Shown: positions 39,620 to 45,988 of the stretch, one piece after another
Layout: every line of letters starts with the position of its first letter
Numbering within the stretch: position 1 is the first letter of the stretch
Assembly: GCA_025055265.1 (NCBI GenBank)
Contig: JANWXL010000271.1
Location: forward strand, 1 to 45,988
DNA length: 45,988 nucleotides
Origin: Roseiflexus sp.
Lineage (GTDB): Bacteria; Chloroflexota; Chloroflexia; Chloroflexales; Roseiflexaceae
Reading direction: 5' to 3'
Notes under the pieces: generated by a model
Seen by the model: the letters and a program-made list of their open reading frames with translations, nothing else
Told to the model about the DNA's origin: nothing
The model's database searches: none
Program-made: the position numbers and the translations under genes

Positions 39620-40402
39620 ATGGTTCGCAATGATGGACGGGCGCCGTCCGATCTGCGCCCGGTTCGGATCAGCATCGACACGTATGGCTATGCCGAGGGT
39701 TCAGCGCTGATCGAGATGGGGAATACCCGGGTGCTCTGCACAGCCAGCGTTGAAGAAGGCGTGCCGCAGTGGCTGCGTGGTCAGCAGCGCGGTTGGGTCA
39801 CTGCCGAATATGCGTTGCTGCCGCGCTCGACGGTGCAGCGCACTCGCCGTGAACGCAACGGCCTCTCTGGACGCACGCAGGAAATCCAGCGTCTGATCGG
39901 GCGCGCGCTGCGCGCTGCCGTTTCCCTGGAAGCGCTCGATGGATTTACGGTCACCATTGATTGTGATGTGCTTCAGGCGGATGGCGGCACCCGCACTGCC
40001 TCGATTACCGGCGGGTATGTGGCGCTGGCGCTGGCCATGCACCGCCTGACCGCCGCCGGACGGCTGGCAACCAATCCGCTCCAGCGCGCCGTTGCCGCGG
40101 TCAGCGCCGGGTACGTCGCCGGGTGTGCGCTCCTCGATCTCGACTACAGTGAAGATAGCGTCGCTGACATGGATTGCAACCTGGTGCTGACTGAGGATGG
40201 CGCCATCGTTGAGGTTCAGTCCACTGCTGAAGCGCGCGCCGTCAGCCGCACGGAGTTCGATGCCCTGATCGATCTCGCAACCGATGGCATCCGTCGCCTG
40301 CTTGCGATCCAGCGCGAGACGCTGGCGCCGGTCGTCGAAACGTTGAGGGTGGAAGGTGGAAGGTTGCCGGTGGGAGGTGGGACGTTGAACGTTGAGGATT
40401 GA
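39620..40402 (+). CDS. rph: Ribonuclease PH
   Basis: GSALIEMGNTRVLCTAS, GRTQEIQRLIGR, QADGGTRTASITG, LDLDYSEDS. Confidence 0.96.
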   Translation: MVRNDGRAPSDLRPVRISIDTYGYAEGSALIEMGNTRVLCTASVEEGVPQWLRGQQRGWVTAEYALLPRSTVQRTRRERNGLSGRTQEIQRLIGRALRAAVSLEALDGFTVTIDCDVLQADGGTRTASITGGYVALALAMHRLTAAGRLATNPLQRAVAAVSAGYVAGCALLDLDYSEDSVADMDCNLVLTEDGAIVEVQSTAEARAVSRTEFDALIDLATDGIRRLLAIQRETLAPVVETLRVEGGRLPVGGGTLNVED

Positions 40403-40603
40403 ACGTGTGAAGGGAGCGGATGTGGGAAGGGAGCGGGCGGCAGGCGGGAGGATAGAGGTGATAGGGGATAGATAGGGGATAGGAGATAGGTTACAGGTAT
40501 GCAGCGATCTAACCCCTAACCCCTAACCCTTAACCTCTAACTCCCGCAGTTCCCGGTTCTCGGTTCTCAGTTCTCGATTCTTAATCCCCGCTCCCCGGTT
40601 CTC
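40340..40603. repeat. Cluster of heptamer-type short tandem repeats (AGGTGGA/ACGTTGA, GATAGGG, CTAACCC, GTTCTCG)
   Basis: Read directly from the sequence; G-rich runs are followed by C-rich runs. Confidence 0.8.
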
Positions 40604-40683
40604 ATATGCTATAATTCTGAGAAATTGATGAGAAGCCATCCATCCTCACGCACTCACGTGGCACAACTAAAGGAGAGTCGGCT

Positions 40684-41934
40684 ATGCTCGGCGAGCCGCA
40701 ACACGATGAGGCGATTGCTCACTTTCAACGCGGTCTGGTGCTCGAACGGGCGAACCGCGTTGAAGAGGCGGTGGAAGAATACCGGCGCGCATTGGAGCAT
40801 AATCCGCATCTCGCAGAAGCGCATGACGCCCTTGGCAACTACTACCATCGGCATGGCTTACTGGCAAAAGCAGCAGAAGAGTTTCGTATTGTCGCAAATC
40901 TGGAAGGCGGATTTCTGGCATACTTCAACATCGGCAGCATCTTGATTGAACTTGGCAGGTACGATGAGGCAATTGACGCTCTGCTGCATTGCCTGATGTT
41001 CGATGCCGACGACCCGGCTGTTCACTATCAACTGGGACTGGCGCAGTTTCTGCGAGGTGACGATTACGCAGCGCTGTACCATCTTCAGATAACACGTCAG
41101 CGCTACCCGAGTGATAGCAGTGTTCACGTGCTCATCGGGCGCTGTCATCTGCGCCTCGGCGCATACGACGATGCGGAGATGGCGTTTCAGACAGCGTTGA
41201 AGTGCGCTACAAGCGAGATGGGTCGGCTTCGCATTCAGATGCATGTGCAGGCGGTCGAACGCCACCGTGAGATTGGCGCCATCCGTTCTCTGCGAGAACG
41301 CTTCTATGCCAGCTACGGCGCAGCATATCTTGGATCAACCCACGATGACGGAAGCAGGGTGGATGAGTTCTCCGATTTCCACTTTACATACCCCGATATT
41401 GCCATCAGCCTCTATCGTCTGATCCGCCTCGCCCGGTTGCAACGCTGGCGCTTGACCTGTGTCACGCCCATTGATCGCCTGGCTGAACCGCTTGCTCGCG
41501 TGCTGGCGGAATTGCTCGACGTGCCGCTTCGTAGCGCCGATGCGCTCCAACCCAATGATACAGCGCTGCTTACGCTGGCAGTTGGTCATGAAGCCGAATT
41601 GTTGAAACTGGCGATTGAGCGAGCGCCGTGCGTTGCAGTCACTTTCTGTCTGGGGCTGGACTGGTTGCGTCATCACGCAGTCGTCCCCGATGTCATCGGA
41701 GTAGTTGCGCATCACGTATGCAGCGTGCCGTGGGAGTCCGAGTTTCGCCGTCTGCGCGCAAATGGCGCACCCGTCGATGACCAGGATCTCTGTTTGACCC
41801 AGGCAGTGCAGCAGATTACAGCGGCTATACAGGCGCTGCCGCCTGATCCGGCTATGGATCAGCGCCTGGCATTCTTCCAGACCTTCCGCCGTCTACGGTA
41901 TCTCCAACATGCCTGCGGTGCAGCCGTCTCCTGA
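40684..41934 (+). CDS. TPR-repeat protein with an uncharacterised C-terminal alpha/beta domain
   Basis: About 5 TPRs (AHDALGNYY, AYFNIGSIL..LGRYDEAI, VHYQLG). AAGGAG RBS; TGcTATAAT at 40607-40615. Confidence 0.85.
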   Translation: MLGEPQHDEAIAHFQRGLVLERANRVEEAVEEYRRALEHNPHLAEAHDALGNYYHRHGLLAKAAEEFRIVANLEGGFLAYFNIGSILIELGRYDEAIDALLHCLMFDADDPAVHYQLGLAQFLRGDDYAALYHLQITRQRYPSDSSVHVLIGRCHLRLGAYDDAEMAFQTALKCATSEMGRLRIQMHVQAVERHREIGAIRSLRERFYASYGAAYLGSTHDDGSRVDEFSDFHFTYPDIAISLYRLIRLARLQRWRLTCVTPIDRLAEPLARVLAELLDVPLRSADALQPNDTALLTLAVGHEAELLKLAIERAPCVAVTFCLGLDWLRHHAVVPDVIGVVAHHVCSVPWESEFRRLRANGAPVDDQDLCLTQAVQQITAAIQALPPDPAMDQRLAFFQTFRRLRYLQHACGAAVS

Positions 41935-42026
41935 TGATGGACTCGATCTCTTGAACGATGCTCTTGATCGATGCCATCTGTATAAGATGTATCTCGCTTT
42001 CCGGTTGAATATCAAAGGAATGTCCG

Positions 42027-43841
42027 ATGACCACGTCGGTAAATGCAACTCTTCCCCACTGGGATATGACTGTTGTCTACCCTGCGCTCGACTCGCCAGA
42101 GTTCAAACATGATCTGACTGCCGTGCGTCAGGCGTTCGACGACATTACGGCGCTGTTTGATCATCTGAAGATTGATTGGCGCGATGATCAGGCAACCGAT
42201 GACAGCGCTGTTGCAGCATTCAATACCGCTGTCGCAGCGCTGAATGATCTGCTCGAACGCTTCTCGACGCTTCGCGCGTATGTCTACAGTTTCGTCGCAA
42301 CCGACTCGCGCAACGAGCAGGCGCAGGCCGCGCTTAGCCTGCTGACGCAAGATAGTGTCAAACTGACAAAATTGCTGAAACGGCTGACCGCCTGGCTCGG
42401 CGGGCTGGATGTCGAGACATTGATACAGCGTTCGGCCGTCGCGCGCGATCACGCCTACCTGGTGCGGCGCGCCGCCGCAGAAGCCCGTCACCTGATGTCG
42501 CCAGCCGAAGAGGAGCTTGCGGCAGAACTCGATCTGTCGGGCGGGATCGCCTGGACGCGCCTGTACCAGAATCTGACCTCACAGATTATGGTTCCAATCG
42601 AACGCGGTGGTCAGATCGTCGAGTTGCCCATGAGCCAAGTGCGCAATCTGGCGCGTGATCCCGACCGCGAGGTGCGGCGCCGTGCGCATGAAGCGGAACT
42701 CGCCGCCTGGGAACGCGCAGCACTGCCCATTGCAGCAGCGCTTAACAGTATCAAAGGGCAGGTCCTCGCACTCAGCCGTCGTCGGCGCTGGGCGTCCCCG
42801 CTCGATGTCTCACTGTTCGACAACGGCATCGACCGTGCCACGCTTGATGCGATGATGAGCGCCGCGCGCGAGTTCTTCCCCGCTTTTCAGCGGTATCTGC
42901 GCGCCAAAGCGCGGTTGCTCGGCGTTGAACGTCTCGCCTGGTACGATCTGTTCGCACCGGTTGGCAGTGGTGGGCGCAGCTGGCAGTTCAGCGACGCGGA
43001 AGCGTTCATTGTCGCTCAATTCACACGCTACTCGCCGCGCCTGGGAGCGTTTGCTGCGCGGGCGTTTCGTGAACACTGGATCGATGCCGAACCGCGGGCA
43101 GGGAAAGCTGGCGGCGCTTTCTGCATGCCGCTTCGACGGGATGAGTCGCGCATTCTGGTGAACCATGACTCCACGGCGGATAGCATGTTCACGCTGGCGC
43201 ACGAACTCGGGCACGGCTACCACAACCTGAATCTGGCGCAGCAGACGATGCTCAACCGCGATACGCCAATGACCCTGGCGGAAACGGCAAGCATCTTCTG
43301 CGAGACGATTGTGCGTAATGCGGCGCTTCAGGACGCAACCCGCGATGAGACGCTCGAAATCCTTGAGGCGTTCCTGAGCGGCGCCTGCCAGGTCGTGGTC
43401 GATATTACCTCGCGCTTCCTCTTCGAAACAGCGCTCTTCGAGCAACGTGCGGTGCGCGACCTCTCGGTGTCGGAGTTGTGTGCGTTGATGACCGATGCGC
43501 AAAAGAAGACCTACGGTGATGTGCTTGATGAGCAGACACTGCACCCGTTCATGTGGGCTGTGAAAGGGCATTACTACAACAGTGGCTTTTCGTTCTACAA
43601 CTATCCCTATATGTTCGGGTTGCTGTTTGGGTTAGGGTTGTACGCAGAGTATCAGCGTGCGCCTGAAACGTTCAGGGCGCGTTACGATGACCTGCTGGCA
43701 TCAACCGGTCTGGCAAGTCCTATCGACCTGGCGGCGCGACTGGGTTTCGATCTGCGTGCGCCTGAGTTCTGGTGCGCCAGTCTCAACGTCATTCGGAATG
43801 ACATCGACCGCTTCGAGGCGCTGGTGGACGACGCGGCATGA
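42027..43841 (+). CDS. pepF: M3B oligoendopeptidase F
   Basis: GKAGGAFC, TLAHELGHGYH, AETAS, FYNYPY.FG. Confidence 0.92.
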   Translation: MTTSVNATLPHWDMTVVYPALDSPEFKHDLTAVRQAFDDITALFDHLKIDWRDDQATDDSAVAAFNTAVAALNDLLERFSTLRAYVYSFVATDSRNEQAQAALSLLTQDSVKLTKLLKRLTAWLGGLDVETLIQRSAVARDHAYLVRRAAAEARHLMSPAEEELAAELDLSGGIAWTRLYQNLTSQIMVPIERGGQIVELPMSQVRNLARDPDREVRRRAHEAELAAWERAALPIAAALNSIKGQVLALSRRRRWASPLDVSLFDNGIDRATLDAMMSAAREFFPAFQRYLRAKARLLGVERLAWYDLFAPVGSGGRSWQFSDAEAFIVAQFTRYSPRLGAFAARAFREHWIDAEPRAGKAGGAFCMPLRRDESRILVNHDSTADSMFTLAHELGHGYHNLNLAQQTMLNRDTPMTLAETASIFCETIVRNAALQDATRDETLEILEAFLSGACQVVVDITSRFLFETALFEQRAVRDLSVSELCALMTDAQKKTYGDVLDEQTLHPFMWAVKGHYYNSGFSFYNYPYMFGLLFGLGLYAEYQRAPETFRARYDDLLASTGLASPIDLAARLGFDLRAPEFWCASLNVIRNDIDRFEALVDDAA

Positions 43842-45214
43842 ACCCGGAATCATTCCTGACGGCGACGCTTCGCGCGCTGCCGCACGGCGCCGCCGTGACA
43901 CGCATCCTTGCTGCAGCAATCGCGGCTGTTGAGCCGGGCGCTGCGGTGCGCCGCTTTTTGCGGCGCGAAGGCGAATACCTCCACGCTGGCGATGCAGTGT
44001 ATGATCTCCGGTCATTCGACCGGATCTGGATCGTTGGGGCAGGCAAAGCGGGAGCGCCAATGGCCGCCGCTGCCGCCGGGATCATTGGCGAGCGACTGAC
44101 CGGCGGCGTGGCTGTCGTCAAGGAAGGGCATATTGCCGCCGAAAACCTGGCGGCATTACGTCCGCGCGTCGAGGTGATCGAAGCCGGGCATCCAATCCCT
44201 GATGCACGCGGCGTTTCCGCTGGTGAACGGATCGCCGATCTGCTGCGCCATACGACCGAACGCGACCTGGTACTGGCGCTGATCTCCGGCGGCGGATCGG
44301 CGCTGCTGACGCGCCCGGCGCCGGGGATCACGCTCGATGACCTGCAACGCTTGACAGGATCGTTGCTGGCGTGCGGCGCATCGATCAATGAGATCAATAC
44401 TCTGCGCCGCCACCTCGATACGCTGAAAGGCGGCGGGCTTGCGCGGTTGGCAGCGCCAGCCGCCGTTGTCACCCTTATCCTGTCCGATGTGGTCGGCGAC
44501 CCGTTCGACGTGATCGCCTCCGGTCCCACCGTCGCCGATCCGACCACCTTTGCCGATGCGCTTGGCATACTCGAACGATATGATCTGACGCGCCAGACGC
44601 CAGCCGCTATTCTGGATCGGTTGCAGCGCGGCGCGTGCGGCGAGATCGCTGAGACGCCAAAGCCGGGCGATCCGGCGCTGGCGCGAGTTCACAACCTGAT
44701 CATTGGCAGCAACCGCCTGGCAGCCGAAGCGGCGCTGGCAGCGGCGCGCGATGAAGGGTTCAATACCCTGCTCCTCACCACATTTCTCCAGGGAGAAGCG
44801 CGCGTTGTCGGGCGCGTCCTGGCGGCTATCGCACGCGAGATTGCACTTAGCAATCACCCGATCCGCCGACCAGCGTGCGTGATCGCTGGTGGCGAGACGA
44901 CCGTGACCCTGCGCGGCGACGGTCGCGGCGGGCGCAACCAGGAACTGGCGCTCGCCGCAGCCGCCGACCTCGCCAGTGCGCCGGGCGCGCTGCTGGTCGC
45001 ACTGGCGACCGATGGCGGCGATGGACCAACCGATGCAGCTGGCGCCGTGGTGAGCGATACGACGATCCAGCGCGCTGCGGCGCTGGGACTCGATGCAACC
45101 GCAGCGCTGGCGCGCAACGACAGTTACCCCTTCTTCGATGCTCTGGGTGATCTCCTGCGCCCGGGTCCCACGCAGACCAATGTCAATGATCTGGCGCTTA
45201 TCGTGGCGGTGTAA
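43838..45214 (+). CDS. Glycerate 2-kinase (MOFRL/GckA family)
   Basis: GAGKA, AGHPIPD, ISGGGSAL, SDVVGD...IASGPT, GGETTV, GGRNQE, TDGGDG, TNVND. Confidence 0.92.
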   Translation: MNPESFLTATLRALPHGAAVTRILAAAIAAVEPGAAVRRFLRREGEYLHAGDAVYDLRSFDRIWIVGAGKAGAPMAAAAAGIIGERLTGGVAVVKEGHIAAENLAALRPRVEVIEAGHPIPDARGVSAGERIADLLRHTTERDLVLALISGGGSALLTRPAPGITLDDLQRLTGSLLACGASINEINTLRRHLDTLKGGGLARLAAPAAVVTLILSDVVGDPFDVIASGPTVADPTTFADALGILERYDLTRQTPAAILDRLQRGACGEIAETPKPGDPALARVHNLIIGSNRLAAEAALAAARDEGFNTLLLTTFLQGEARVVGRVLAAIAREIALSNHPIRRPACVIAGGETTVTLRGDGRGGRNQELALAAAADLASAPGALLVALATDGGDGPTDAAGAVVSDTTIQRAAALGLDATAALARNDSYPFFDALGDLLRPGPTQTNVNDLALIVAV

Positions 45215-45243
45215 CCGTAGGCGGCGAGGCGGAAGAAAATGCC

Positions 45244-45988
45244 ATGATCCCTGTCGAGATAGTCGTAACTGGCAACGAGTTGCTCCAAGGCGACGTGCTG
45301 GACACCAACACCAACTGGATATGTCGGCGGATCACTGCGCTGGGAGGGCGCGTCGAACGGGTGGTCATCGTGCGCGACGACATGGAAGCAATTGTCCGCG
45401 AGATTCGCTCGTGTCTGGAACGTTCCGCCAGGCTGATCATCACAATTGGCGGCATGGGACCGACGCAGGACGACATGACCGTTGCCGCTGTCGCTGCCGC
45501 CACGCACCGCTCCCTGATCCTTCATCCTGAAGCGCTCGAAATGGTGCGGCGGCAGTACGAGCGTTTTGCGCGCGAAGGCGCCGTGGACGACCCGACCATC
45601 ACTCCTGCACGTGAAAAGATGGCGCTGCTGCCCGAAGGCGCAACTCCGCTTGATAATCCGGTTGGTGCAGCGCCTGGCGTTTTCCTGGAGACGGATTCAT
45701 CTGTCATTGTCTGCCTTCCTGGCGTGCCTGCGGAGCTCAAGGGGATATTTGAAGGCGCGCTCCAACCCGCGCTGCAACGGCTCTTCGGGGAAAGCGCGTT
45801 CCTCGAAAAACTGGCACTAGTGAACTGCAAGGATGAGTCGGTCCTGGCGCCTGTTCTGAAAGCGGTCGCGGAGAAGCATCCTGATGTTTACCTGAAGTCC
45901 AGAGCGCAGCGGTTCGGTTCTGATGTCAGGTTCCGCGTTACGCTCTCAACGACTGGACGATCCAGAGAGATGGCGGATCAGCGGATCG
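45244..45988 (+). CDS. CinA-like molybdopterin-binding-domain protein, truncated at the window edge
   Basis: Not in the ORF track. Hand translation MIPVEIVVTGNELLQGDVLDTNTNWI...GGMGPTQDDMT...NPVGAAPG...LPGVPAEL matches the CinA N-terminal domain. Confidence 0.88.
   Translation, partial: MIPVEIVVTGNELLQGDVLDTNTNWICRRITALGGRVERVVIVRDDMEAIVREIRSCLERSARLIITIGGMGPTQDDMTVAAVAAATHRSLILHPEALEMVRRQYERFAREGAVDDPTITPAREKMALLPEGATPLDNPVGAAPGVFLETDSSVIVCLPGVPAELKGIFEGALQPALQRLFGESAFLEKLALVNCKDESVLAPVLKAVAEKHPDVYLKSRAQRFGSDVRFRVTLSTTGRSREMADQRI

Overview
A GC-rich bacterial chromosomal segment. Gene content (short EF-Ts, split methylmalonyl-CoA mutase B12 subunit with MeaB, MGDG-synthase-like glycosyltransferase) and the intergenic heptamer and GTAG-REP repeats suggest a Chloroflexales organism such as Roseiflexus; this is inference. 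Most of the window is housekeeping: metG, metF, an aspartokinase-like gene, rsmI, a hybrid histidine kinase, tyrA, the rpsB-tsf-pyrH-frr-uppS-cdsA cluster, recJ, two tandem acyl-CoA synthetases, rph, pepF, glycerate kinase and a cinA-like gene. Three things stand out. (1) A tightly coupled minus-strand operon at <1-4195 encodes a cupin, two paralogous membrane-anchored proteins with degenerate Spo11/Topo VI-A-like motifs, a repeat protein with an acidic tail, and an asparagine-synthetase-like enzyme lacking its N-terminal Cys; a yefM-yoeB toxin-antitoxin pair lies next to it. (2) An apparent methionine-sensing leader-peptide attenuator precedes metG, with a promoter, a 33-aa leader containing 4 Met, an antiterminator pairing at 17 of 18 positions, and a terminator. 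(3) A cNMP/CBS/DUF294 nucleotidyltransferase and DEDDh nuclease pair sits upstream of PrpE-like and Acs-like synthetases, followed by a convergent GNAT. No rRNA, tRNA, CRISPR array or intact transposase was seen. All calls come from reading motifs by eye; no searches were run.
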